DNA of 64,000 bases from the human T2T-CHM13v2.0 reference genome, Homo sapiens. The stretch is taken from NCBI RefSeq assembly GCF_009914755.1, contig NC_060928.1. The stretch is one strand, 5' to 3'. Below are positions 26,830-41,165 of this stretch, in pieces. The translations under genes were made by a program, and so were the position numbers. Within the stretch, counting starts at the first letter, position 1, and the number at the start of each line of letters is the position of its first letter. The notes under the pieces are model-generated. The model had not been told where the DNA came from and made no database searches. It worked only from the letters and a program-made list of their open reading frames with translations.

Positions 26830-27250
26830 AAGACCACCAGCTGCTGTGTGGAGAATGGGTTATAGAGGGATGAGAGTGGAAATGTAACAACTAGTTAGGA
26901 AGTTAATCGGGGCAAGAGATGCTAATAGGTTGGATTAGAGAGGTGGTGGTGGAGGAAAAATAGTTGTAAATAGGGCTGTGTTCTGGAGGGTGAGCCTGCA
27001 GGATGTTGATGGAGAGGGGGCCATCAAGGATGACCGCCTCCCGGGTTGTGAGGTGAGCATCTGGGTTGATGATGGTGCCATTTTCCAAACAGGTCATTTG
27101 GGGGAGGAATGGGACTGGGGAAGTGGTCATGAGGGGGAAGTTAAAGCGTTGTTTTTTATGAGTTGTTTGATGTGGCCATTAGATACCCTGCTATGGAATG
27201 ATCAGGGAGATGCTCTCTGATAAATCTGGACCTCTAAGGAAACGTCTCTC
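26830..27250 (-). mobile_element. L2 fragment
   Basis: ctgctgtgtggagaatgg...catcaaggatgac...gatggtgccatt is typical antisense L2. Confidence 0.65.
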
Positions 27251-27974
27251 TGGAAATCACTCACTCACTGTTTTCTCTAACAAACATTGAGCACTGTGTA
27301 CCATGTATGTGCTTGGCATGCAGAGATGAAACAACCGCTAGGAACTCGGTGAACTGAACAGAGAAGTCAACTAAAAAATGTAAACCGTGTGAAATATTTT
27401 AATGGGAAAATACTTCCAGAGCTTAACAATGTCACTAAATAGTGACAGCTTTGGGAAAACATGATGTCTTCCCCAAGAAGATGATGTTTGAATTAATTTT
27501 TAAGGACGTTGAATCTTAGAAGAAGACAACTGTTTAAGTGTGAAACTATAAAAGGGGCAGGATGGTGGAAAAGTGGAGGGAGAGAAGATGTTCCAGGTGG
27601 AGGGAACTGCACGTGTTAAAGATATTTTTGCTACTTGTATATCAGGCGGACTGGCTTCTCCTTGACCTCTCCTGGGCTTCTTTTGGTAGATTTTTCAGTA
27701 GTTGGTGTCATAGGCATCTGCAACGCAGATGTCCTGCTTCTGAGCTGTGAAGTAGTACTTCCACACTTTGCCGTCTTGTCTCATGATTTCCTTGTATTCA
27801 TGAGGGTATCTTGTTGGTATTAGCTGACGTTTCTTTCTTCTTAGATGTTTAGTATTCGTAGAATACTGTGCCTGTAACTCATGCCAACGATGTTCTGAAA
27901 CCTGGCCAGTCTCACCAAGCTTGAAGTCTATTTTATTTTATTTATTTTTTGCCTCTCAAAAGCTAGACTGGGAT

Positions 27975-28270
27975 GCAAACATTTATAGCAACATCATTCA
28001 TAGTAGCTAGAAGTGGAAACAATCCATATATCTGTAAACTGGTAAATGGATAAGCAAAATGTGGTATCTGTGGAGTGAAATACTATTCAGCAATAAAAAG
28101 AATGAATTCTTAATGCATGCTATATAATAACATTATATATCTTGAAAACATTTTGCCAAATGATAGAAGCTAGACACAAGAAACCACAAATTGTATGATC
28201 TTATTTATATGCAATTCCAGAAAGGGTAAATCTGTAGGGACAGGAAGTAGATGAGTGGCTGCCTGGGGCG
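27975..28270 (+). mobile_element. L1MB/ME-like 3' fragment
   Basis: tttatagcaacatcattcatagtagc...atggataagcaaaatgtggtat...tactattcagcaataaaaagaatgaa. Confidence 0.8.
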
Positions 28271-28281
28271 GGGGCGGGGAG

Positions 28282-29235
28282 ATTTCCCACAATTTGAAAA
28301 AACTTACGTGAACTACATAGTCTACAAACACTGAAAAAAATTAAGAAAAAGGTATGGCACGAATGCATAAAATATATGTACATACTAGACTGTTTTATTA
28401 TTTACTACCATAAAATATACACACCATTATAAGACTTTAAAACTTATCAAAACTTATGCACACATTACAAATTGTGCATGATGCCATTTGTAGTTGAGAG
28501 AAATGTAAACAAATGTAAAGAGGCAGTATTAAATCATAACTGCATATAATTAACTATAGTATATAGTGTACTACTGTAATGATTGCATAGCCACCTTCTG
28601 TTGTGGTGAGCTCAAGTTTTGGGAGCATCTGCTTAAAATGCCCTGTGATGCTAATCATCTCTGTGTGAGCATTTCCTCTCTCTGGTAAATTGCATATCAC
28701 AGTAAAAAGTGATCTCTCACAGTTCTCAAGTATTTTTCATTGTATTTAGTGCAATACGTAAACCTTGAGTACACTGTGGGACCCATACAAAGTGCCACTT
28801 GTGATGCTGGAAGTGCTCCCAAGAAGTGGAGAAAAGTAATGACCTTACAAGAAAATGTTGACTTGCTTGATATCTACGGTAGATTGAGGTCTGCAGCTTA
28901 GGTTTCCACCATTTCAGATGGACGATTCATGGTGTATAAACAGATAACCTAAACTTGAAGCATCAATAAATACAGTACGGTACTGTAAATGTATTTCTTT
29001 TTCTTTATGGTTTTCTTAATGACTTTTTCTTTTCTCCAGCTTAGTTTATTGTAAGGATACAGTATATAATACAGTGTACAAAATACGTTACTTGACTGTT
29101 TATGTATTGGTGAGGCTTCCGGTCAACAGTAGGCAGTTAGTAATTAAGTTTTGGGAGAGTCAAAAGTTATAAGAGAATTTTCATCTGTGCAAGGAGTTAG
29201 CACCTCTAACCCCTGCATTGTTCAGAAGTCAACTG
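28282..29235 (+). mobile_element. Tigger2b/MER28-like DNA transposon, left end missing
   Basis: Right terminus ctaacccctgcattgttcagaagtcaactg+TA; internal gaagtgctcccaagaag...gaaaagt..tgac.ttacaagaaaa (start of the transposase). Confidence 0.8.
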
Positions 29236-30619
29236 TACATAAGTTTATACATGGACTGAAAAAATACCAAAGTATTGGAGTAGATGTCACTCTACAGGAA
29301 AGTGAAGCAAGGACTTTAATAACAGTTCATCCTGTTATTTTCTGTATTCTTCATAATGAGAATCTATTAACTGTTTTATAAAATGTATATTTTTAAGTCA
29401 ACATTGAAAACTACAGTATACATAGAGTTTATTTAGTTTGATACCAAAATATGATGTATATTTTGTACATAATATTATATCTACATATGTATATATTTAT
29501 TTAAAAAACATAGCCTAGAGTGAAACACATCACATTGTTAACTGGGATTATTCCTATGTAGTGAGGTTATAGAGATTTTTTAAAGTCCTCTCAGTTTCTT
29601 AAGTTTTGATAAAAGTAATACAGGTGTATTTTAATCATTTAACTTCTTCAAAAGGGAAGTTGTGGCCCTTCAGAAAGGTGTGCCATGTGTCATTTCTTTG
29701 TTGTCCTGACTGGAGCTCAATTCTCCAGACTGAATACTGAAGCCTCTTCTAGTCTTCGTCCATGAGCAATTATTATCCACCATGAAATTGACTGGCTGTG
29801 TGTTGAACTACAGGTTGGGAATTGAGGCAGCCTTGGTGGATTTCTGTTATTTGTTTGGACAATAATCCTTTTTAAGTTCTCTACCTCTCTCAAACACTCA
29901 TACCTTCTTTGCTGGCATAGCCACTTAAAATTTCAGACTATTTTTCAAAACCAAATAATCTGACAAGCAAACATTTCTTGGCACTTAGGAGAGAAAAAGA
30001 GGTTCAGGTTAAAGTGTTTGACCACTTTGTTTTCTTCCGTGGCATAAAAATACTTTAAAAACCTGCTGAATTATTGAAATACTTGAGATAAATTCTGTTA
30101 TGTCTTTGTCACTTAAATCTGTTTTCTGTTAAGATATTCATTATGATACAGAATGTAATAATAGCAAAAATAAATCACAAGACCAAATATTTTGATGCAG
30201 TATTGAAAGATTTTCTTGTATCTTGTTCCATAGTCAGGAAACATATGTATCAACTAACACCTTAATACCAGCCTTCATGTTGTTATTTGAATAAATGCAT
30301 ATACTATTACTTCTGTATAAATAGAAAATTTTTGAAAGAATAAATTACAACCCTTTCATGATGTAGTTGACGTTTTCTTTCTGCCTTCCTTCCTACTCTT
30401 CTTCCATTCAGTCAACATTTATTATGTGTCGACTGTGTATGAGGTAGGCATTAGGCATTGTGCTAGAGAGCGAGAAGAAGGCAGGGTCCCTGCCTAGAGA
30501 CTGAGTCTGAGTGTAGTAACATGCCTTAGGTGGCAGCTGATCCCTGTGGAGGTGGGACAAGATTCATGCAACACAATCAAGAATAGTATTTCTAGGTTAA
30601 AAGGAATTAACATTTTTAA

Positions 30620-30797
30620 AAATTTAAATATTTTAATTTTAAGTTCTGGGGTACGTGTGCAGTAATGCGCAGGTTTGTTGCATAGGTAAAGGTGTGCCAT
30701 GATGTCTTGCCGCACCTATCACCCATCACCTATCACCTAGGTATTAAGCACAGCATGCATTAGCTGTTTTTCCCTAACAGTCTCCCTTCCCCCACCT
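30620..30797 (-). mobile_element. Very short 5'-truncated L1PA 3' end
   Basis: ttttaagttctggggtacgtgtgcag...caggtttgttgcataggtaaa...agcatgcattagct. Flanked by a TSD-like aattaacatttt / aatcaacatttt. Confidence 0.85.
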
Positions 30798-30947
30798 GGA
30801 AATCAACATTTTAATGGTTTTTTTAACACTGCCAAATTGTTTCTTAAAAGGACTGTATCGAGTTACAAAGTCACCAGCAATGAATGAAAGTAGCTGATGC
30901 CCCACATCCTCACCAGAGTGAGTTTCATCACTAAGACAAAGCAAAAC

Positions 30948-31248
30948 AGCCGGAAGCAGTGACTCATGCCTGTAATCTCCACACTTTGGGAGGCCAGCGA
31001 GGGCGGATCACTTGAGCTCAGGAGTTTGAGACCATCCTGGGCATCAGACCTCATGTCTACAACGGAAAAAAGACATTTAGCCAAGCGTGTTGGTGTGTAC
31101 CTGCAGTTCTAGCTCCTTGGGAGGCTGAGGTGTTAGAATGGCTTCAGCCCGGGAGGTTGAGGCTGCAGTGAGCTGAGCCGTGATCGTCCCGCTGCACTCC
31201 AGCCTGGATGTCAGAGTGAGACCCTGTCTCAAAAAAAAAAGAAAAAAG
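30948..31248 (+). mobile_element. AluJ
   Basis: Sense dimer with A-tail; TSD-like aagcaaaac / aggcaaaaac. Confidence 0.9.
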
Positions 31249-31424
31249 GCAAAAACTTGATATTTTGATAGGCTTAAATTTTAGCCTCATTATTTTATTG
31301 TATTTGGCGTTTCTTTTTATTATTAGTGATGTTTAACATTTTCCCATGTTTTTACTATCTTTTGTGAAAATATTTTATTCACTTTAAGTCTTGGCATTGT
31401 TGTTTACTTGCTACTCCTTTTGAA

Positions 31425-32195
31425 AACCAACTTACTGAAGTGAAATTCACCTAATGTAAATTAACCATTTAAAATGATCAATTCAGTGGCATTGAGTACA
31501 TTCACAATGTTGTGCAACCAACCCCTATATTTAGTTTCAGAACATTGTCATCCTCCTCCAAGGTACCCACTGAGCAGTTTCTATTTACCCCTTTCCTTGT
31601 CCCCTGGCAACCATCAACCTACTTTCCTTTTTTATGCGTTTGTGAACTAGCTATTTCATATAGTGGAATCGTACCATATGTGACATTTTGTGCCTGGCTT
31701 CTTTCACTTAGCATAATGTTTTGGAGGTTCATCCATATTGTAGCATGTATAAGTACTTCATTCTTTTTTATGGCTGAATAATATTCCATTTCATGTATAT
31801 ACCACAATTTTTTTATCCATTCACCTGTCTATGGGAATTTGGGCTCTTTCCACCTTTTGGCTATTATGAATAATGCTGCTATGATCATGCACACACATGT
31901 ACTTATTCGAGTACCTATTTTCACTTCCTTTAGAAGTAGACCTAGAAGTAGTATTGTGGGATCATACGGTAATTCCATTTTAACTTTCTGAGGAATTGCT
32001 AAACCATTTTCTACAGAGGCTGCACCATTTTACGTTGCCACCCACAATGTACAGAGTTCCCATTGCTCCACATCCTTGTCAATACTCGTGTCTTTTGTGT
32101 ATGTGTTTTTTAATGATAGCCATCATAGTGGGTGTGAACTGGTGCTTCACTGTGGTTTTGATTTGCATTTCCATAATAACTAATGATGTTGAGTA
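31425..32195 (-). mobile_element. L1MB-like 3' fragment
   Basis: aattcagtggcattgagtacattcacaatgttgtgcaacc...tatggctgaataatattccatt...tgtggttttgatttgcatttcc. Confidence 0.88.
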
Positions 32196-32494
32196 CTGTT
32201 ACTATTTGTATATAAGTGAGAAAATGAAGGATAAAGAAAGCCTTGCTCTTGAAGTTATTTTCAAATTAGTTAAGTATCCTTTGAAGAAAGGAAATGTTTA
32301 CTTAAAATTAAATGAAGTGTCTACTATTCCAAATAGGAGGACTGTTAAGCCATTATCTGTTTAAATATTTCATCGTTTTCATAACAGAGATACTTGTAAA
32401 GCCTTCAGGTTTATTTTTAACTTGAGCTTGTTTTCCACTTCTCCATCACCTGGTTGGATTAGGGATCCAATCTAATTTACGTCTTTTAAACAAT

Positions 32495-32670
32495 AGCACT
32501 CAAGGTGAACTTCTGGTCCCTGAAGTTTACCGATCAGTATTACCTCAGAACTTAGAGATGTAAATCCTCAGGTCCTTCCCAAATCTACTGAGTCGGAAAC
32601 TTTGAGGGTGACCCCAACAGTCTGTGCTTTCATAAGCCTTTCAGTTGAGTCAGATCAGATGCACGCATAG
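32495..32670. mobile_element. MER5A-like hAT MITE
   Basis: cagtattacctcagaactt...ctactgagtcggaaactttgagggtg...ctgtgctttcataagcc...gtttcagaaccgct. Confidence 0.6.
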
Positions 32671-33392
32671 GTTTCAGAACCGCTACTGTAAACCAACATT
32701 CTCAGATTGATTCTGTGATAAACAGCTCTTGTGGGAGGTGAAATCCACAGTGTTGGTCTCATTAGCACCAACTTTTTTTTAGCTTAAGTAGTCAGACAAT
32801 ATGAACAATTAACTTGGAATCATGTTATAACCTCCTATTTAAGAAAGCATAAAGCATACAGTTTTGCCTAGAAATTGCTATTTGGTTTACAAATCACGTA
32901 AAAAAGAGGAAAGTATTTTTCAAAAGCGACTTTTGATCTTTGGCCAAATACTGAAGTAATTTAAGAGGCACATACCCATGATGTATATTTTTCCTGTTAT
33001 TTGTAATTTTTCAATTTTTTGGCCCTGCTTTTCATGAGCTATGTTTCCTTTTATTCGTAACTAGACTTTATTTTTTACTTCTTCAGAGCCAACATTGTGA
33101 AGGTTTTTAGTGTGAAGGGCTATGCGGCAGAGCTTGCAACCACTACTGCCCTATGTACAAATGTTGACTGGAGAGATGTGTGTGTGTGACCCTAACACAT
33201 GCTTATTTGGAGAGGAGTGTTTATTTTTTTCTCTGCCCAGGCTATTCAAATGGAAAAAGTATACCTACTTTGCAGAGTTTTATGTATGTACATTTATGTA
33301 TATTAGAGCATGTGTGGTACATGATAAACATTCAGTAAGTGTTTTATATTATTAATATAATTGCTGTATGTAAAATTTGACCTTTAACATAG

Positions 33393-33691
<299 letters not shown>

Positions 33692-34718
33692 TAACATAGA
33701 ATATTGTAAGCATTGAAGCTTTTGCAGATACTATATCTGGATCCCAAAACCCAACAGCATGAGCCATGTGCTTTTTCAAAGGCAAATCACCCACAAATAC
33801 TGTCTTTCAAGAGTGTATTCGTGAAGTAACTGTAGGATTAAGTGTTAGATGGCAGAAGGGAAATTCTATGATAGGGCCTCCTAAAGTCCTCCTGTTTACA
33901 GCCTCTAGGTTAGGATGAGGGAATGGTTAGGAATGGTTAGTAAGTGAATGTCAAAAGAAGAATCAGAAGGTTTGAGGAAAGGTTTTTTAGGGTAGGGGGC
34001 ATTGAATATAGACTGAAGGAGAAAAAATTAACCATATGAGAGAGATAAATATCAGATAATGAGAGATGGAATGAGACTGCAGAGTAGAGAGGAGCGGCTG
34101 GGGTAAGGGCAGGAGACTGGCAGGCTAGCCTGGAGGAGGGGATGCGAGACATGTAGAGAGGAGTGGGGTGTGTGGGTCTCAGGGAGCAGACCTGGGAGAC
34201 AACACAGTTGTGTTCAGATATTTGAAAGTCTGTCATGTGGAGGAGGTATCAAACTAATTCTCGTTGGTACCAGGTGACAAAACTCATGCCAGCTGTAGGA
34301 GGACCAGACCTAGGACCAACAGAGGGGAGAATTGTCTGAGGACCCAAGCAGGTGCAGACATAACAGGAACTAATCTGAAGAAGTGATCTTGGTGAGGCTA
34401 CCTCGTTATGTTTCCTGCCAGCTCTGTAGCACTGGGTGAATCATTTAAATCTTGGAGCAGCAGTCTCCTTCCTAACCCATTGCACCAGGCTAGGGGCTTT
34501 CCTGGCCAAGTCCTAGGGTGACAAATTAGTTATCTGCTTGGCTGTCCTCACCTTGGCTCCCCAGGGCAAGCACCAAATCCTTTCCTTGTTATATCCCCCC
34601 ACTGCACACAGACAGGATCTAAAACACAGGATTTTGTGACACGTTTTACGTTTCACATAAAACACAAAATTCTGGATGTGTCACATACAGAATTAAATCT
34701 GTAAAAAACGGGAATAGG

Positions 34719-35458
<740 letters not shown>

Positions 35459-35699
35459 CTAATAAAATTAGTTTCTTTCCTTTCTGAAAAAATTAGTATG
35501 TCACAAAATGATTTTCAAAATATTGAGTAACTGTTCTAGTAAACAGTAATATAAGTTGCCAGACACCCAAAAGGGCTCATGGCAGGAAGAACGGGGGAGT
35601 GAGGCTAGATTGGAGCCTCCAGATGTTGCCCAGTCTATTTTTTTGTCTTTAGGTAAAAATGATCTTAGGAAGAGATGATTCTCCCCATTGTGACGTGTT

Positions 35700-35997
35700 C
35701 TTTTGTTTTGTTTTTGAGACAGAGTCTCGCTGTGTCGCCCAGGCTGGAGTGCAGTGGCACAATCTTGGCTCACTACAACCTCCACCTCCCAGGTTCAAGA
35801 GTTTTCCTGCCTCAGCCTCCCGAGTAGCTGGGATTACAGATGCCCACCACCACACCTGGCTAATTTTTGTAATTTTAGTAGCGATGGATTTTCACCATGT
35901 TGACCAAGCTGGTCTTGAACTCCTGACCTTAAGTGATCTGCCTGTCTCGGCATCCCAAAATGCTGGGATTACAGGTATTAGCCACTGCACGTGGCCC
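35700..35997 (-). mobile_element. AluS
   Basis: Full reverse-complement dimer; TSD-like cccattgtgac on both sides. Confidence 0.92.
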
Positions 35998-36004
35998 ATT
36001 GTGA

Positions 36005-36403
<399 letters not shown>

Positions 36404-36591
36404 CTCTAATATGACTTCCTTCCAATCATTTAAGCTAATTTCCTCACACACAGGGAAGGAATCTCATTATTATCTTCCAAAGTGGTTTGTATAATTTTTC
36501 TTGAAAGCCATTTTTTTTCTTGTTGCCTCCATCCACTGTTTTCTACTATTCTCCTTTGTTTGTTTCTTTGTGTTGCTAGTTTCCCTATCTA

Positions 36592-36984
<393 letters not shown>

Positions 36985-39059
36985 TTATCCTTGCTTTAAA
37001 ATTCAAGTTGTGAAACACATCTTTACTTCCTCCCTGTTCTCTTAGAGCAATTCAGTGATGTTTCTGTGAGCAGATTCTGTAGTAATCATAAGCAGTTGAC
37101 AGGATTCGCTCTGCTTTGTGTTAGCTAAACAATGAGAACAGCAGATGCTACAAAGTAAAAATAACTGTTAAGACTTTTAATGTGTGTGCTAAACTGTACA
37201 TTTGGGAGGCTCTGAATTGTGGCAAGAGTTTTAGTAACCTGAAATGTTTTTTTTAAGTGCTTATTCATTTAGTGCAGTTAGTACAAACTCAGGTTTTTTT
37301 GGAGTTGTGCTTGTACTCACCATCATGTAATTGTGAAGTGAACAAATACATCACTGTGTGGCATCTCATGTCGTAGGACATGTATTTGAGTTGACAATAA
37401 ATATTAAATGACTGTGAAAGAATGATATAATGCCAGCAAGGAGAAGAAATACCACACAGAGTTAAATTTTGCATATAAACGTTGGCAAAGTGCTGCAGTA
37501 AATTACCGTTTTCTTCATAATATGAAATTCCTTTGCATGGTGCAAAGGAAGACCTTTTTAAGCAAAGAGTAATCTCTGGAATTCAGCATTAAGACTCTAG
37601 TTAATTTCAGGATTTTGTTGTTATTGTTGTTGTTGCTTGTTGTTGCTCCTTTGCAGGGAACCAACCAAAAACAAACTCCATCCATTTTTACTGACTTAAC
37701 ATCAAAGAAAGCTTGAATGTGTAAGAAATTCCTTGTGCACAACAAGAGGAAGAAATTTAAAAGTTAATTAACATTTCCGTTCACTGTATTTGTTTTAATT
37801 TATATTGTTTGTAATTTTGGAATACATCTGTTAGTTCTTTTTGCTTTGTGTTACCTCTTAGTACGTCATAGTAATATTTTCTTTTTATCAGGATAGCACC
37901 ATAATTGGGTACTTAATTTGTTTGGAACCTGAGAATGTTATTCTATTTATATTTTATAATTTGCATAAGAATTCAGTCCTAAAACTTTAATATTTACAAA
38001 TATCTATGTAATGGTTTTACTTATTGATAGAGTGCAGAGAAAGTATATATATTTATCCATATATAGAAAATAAAGTATTAAATTTATATTTGAAGGAACT
38101 CTGCAAAGAAATTTTTATATTAAAAATTTTAAGAATGGAATCTTCTGAATTTTTCAGAGTTCACAAGTACATGTATACCTGTAGATGTAATTGTAGTCTT
38201 AGAACAGTGACAATTAAATGCTTATCTGCTAACCAGTTAGTGGAACAAACTGGATTATTTCCAAATGTAATCAAGTTACTATTAACTTGTAATCATAGCA
38301 CATGCTCTCAAGCTTTTATAACTTCCTATTCTTAAAGTAATAAATATATTCCTGTCATACTCACGCTTAAGCACATTGAATTGGTGCCTGGGTAATACTG
38401 GTCTAATATTTCTCTTTTGGCACTTAAACTTACCGTTCTCGTGTTTTCTCCTTCTTCATTTCTTTAGGATGCATGTGCCTTTTAGACAGCATTGATAATG
38501 GAGTTAATGAAAGAGAATCATCAAACAGTGATACAGAGGGTGACCTGGCACCAGAGCTCTATCTAGTTGCTTTATTGAGGTAGTCAAAGAGACCATGTAT
38601 GTAGACAAGGAGGTGTCCTAGGGTGTAGGAATTTTTGATATGGTATCTCACTCTTTGTCAAAAGAAAAATCAATTTTCCAGGGCAGTTTTTGATAGAAGA
38701 CAGAATTTGAGCACAATTCTAAGAATAAAATGTTTTGCATTTGAACTCAGATTGAGTTCAAATACACTCCATGTTTACAAAGTAAATATGGCCAGTTTCC
38801 ATATTTGGGCACATTGCTTAACATGTTTGAGATTCATTTTACTCATCTAACATATATTGAAGCTTACCATTTCTCGGGTGTTATACTGTTTAGTTCTCAT
38901 CTAAACTTAATCTTTCCTCCTACCCCCTTAAAAAATACATTAGGAAGCTAGGGCTTTTAAGGCTAATAACTTGCTCTAGGTTGTATAGTGAGTAAGTGGC
39001 AGAATAAAGATTTGAGCCCAGATCTCTTTGATGCCAAATTTCAAGCTCTTAACTTCTAA

Positions 39060-39558
39060 GCCGGTGGTTCCCGCACTTTAGTGTGGAGCAGAATTACCTG
39101 GAAAGCATACATTGCTGGGACTTAGAGTTTCTGATTCTACAATAGGGCTCAAGAATTTGTATTATTTCTATTATTTTTTTTTAATCATTTTAGTTTTTTT
39201 TAGAGACAGGGTCTTGCTCTGTTGCCCAGGCTGGAATTCAGTGGTGCGATCATGGCTCACTGCAGCCTTGAACTCCTGGGCTCAGGTGATGCTCCCATCT
39301 TGGCTTCCCAGAGTGCGGAGATTACAGGCATGAGCCACAATGCCTGGCTAATTTTTTATTTTTTTAGAGACAGGGTCTCACTGTGTCGCCCAGGCTGGTC
39401 TTGAACTCCTGGTCTCAGCCATCCTCCTGCCTCAGCCTCCCAAAGTGTTGGAATTACAGGCGTGAGCCACGGTGCCCAACCAGAATTTGTATTTGTAACA
39501 AGGTCCCAGATGTTTATGCTGCTGTTTCTGGTAACTATATTCTAAGAACCACAGTTCT
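39060..39558. mobile_element. MER5A-like element split by an antisense AluJ (39164-39481)
   Basis: MER5 halves gtggttccc...cagaattacctgg and tttgtaacaaggtcccagatg...aagaaccac. TSD agaatttgtatt flanks the Alu. Confidence 0.8.
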
Positions 39559-41055
39559 ATGCTGTGCTGCCTGACTTGATTCCTCTGAGGGATAAATGAG
39601 AGAATTCACATGTGCTTGTGTTAATAATCACTGACATTTATTGACTACTTATAATGTCCTGGATGCTCTTCCAAGTTAATTCCTTTTTATCCTGAGTTTA
39701 TTTTAGGAGCTAGTTAAATTGCAGGGAGAGTACGTGAGGTTATACTCACTACTTCAAAGAGAAGGAAACTGAAGTAGGAAGAGGTGCCCAGTAAGTGGTC
39801 TCACAGTGAGTCAGTGGTAGAGCAGGTTACCCTCATTATTGCTTCTGTCTGCTGAGCTGGTTTGGAAGGCCAGTGTCTTCTTTGGAGCCATCTCCAGAAG
39901 GAGAGATTTCGTGCTATAGGAAGGTTGAAAGAAAAGTAGACCCTTCCTTTCATCTACTGGTGTTTTTTGTCCTTGGAGGACTATTGCAGAGCAGGCCTGG
40001 AAAAAAAGAATTTTCCTCCTTTTTATATCATTCTTGAGCATTCTGAAGGGTGGATGATGTACTTTGTTATTCTGATGAATGATGTGATTCTGAAAATGAC
40101 CTATATTTCAGTTGAACTGTGAGATCTTTGGATAAAAGGGATTCCAGGAGATTTTGTATGTAAGAACCATGCTAGTGGTGCCAGTGCATTAAATTAGAAA
40201 ATGTGTTGACTGATGGTGGCCACACTCCAGCAAGGCATCTGTGGTGTTAACCTGCCCATGGCCGCTCCAGTAGCCAAGGAAAATCTCAAAAGCAAAATGC
40301 AAGAGAGTGAGAAAAAAAAAATCTATTGTAATTAAGTCTGAAACCTGTACTCTGCTTAGGAAACTGTGTGGTTTCTTCATTAGTTTTAAAGAGAAAAATC
40401 CTACAGAGAAAGCGTCTTAAAGAAAAAAATGGTCTTAAGAGAGAGTATAAAGCAATTTCAGAAGGTGAGATCACATTGATATATGAATGAATACTTGGTG
40501 TATTTGGTTCAGTTAAAAATTTTGTTGAGTGACTGTTATGTACAAGATACTTATAAAAAAAATTTGTCCTTCCTCTCAAGGAGAACTTATAGTAGCCTTC
40601 ACAGTTGAATGTTTAGTTAATTTATAAACGGGCATCCAGTCTGAAATTAGTGTAACCTGATGTGGATCTTGTCTCCATGCTACTGATAGGATTTTCATGA
40701 TACCAGTATTTGAATCTTGGGACACATTTTTCTTTTTAATGGGGTATCTGTTTCACTGCAGAGCTAGAGCTAGATCCCAAGCTTCCTCACTCTCAGCTTG
40801 GCGTTCTCCCTGATTTAGGATGCCTTTATTTATTTAGTGTATAGATTTATCTCCAAATATTAAGCAGTGAACTTTCAAAAGGGTATTACGACTTGTCCTA
40901 CTTTTTTGGATATATACATCTGTATTTTATCCTTGGTTTTTTTTTTTCTTTAAGATTTTAAATGCAACCTAGACACTTGTGGTTAGGGTGCTGAATTTTG
41001 ACATATGCGGTTTGACGGAAAGAATCACTGGTGTGTCAATTCTGGTTTGTTGTAG

Positions 41056-41165
41056 GTTAACGAAGCCCTTGTCATTTGCTGATTGTGTTGGGGATGAGCT
41101 GCCGTGGGGATGGGAAGCAGGGTTTGACCCTCAGATTGGTGTCTACTACATCGATCACATCAACA
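41056..41165 (+). CDS. WWC2: WWC2 coding exon (exon 2): WW1-WW2 linker and most of the second WW domain
   Basis: Acceptor ttgttgtAG|G, donor A|GTAAGT. 110 nt = 1+36 codons+1. Encodes [36 protein letters not shown] (WW signature LPxGWE...YYIDH). Confidence 0.96.

Noticed and set aside
31512-32364. ORF MWYIHEMEYYSAIKKNE and neighbours
   Set aside because: Standard translation of the L1 ORF2 end / 3' region.
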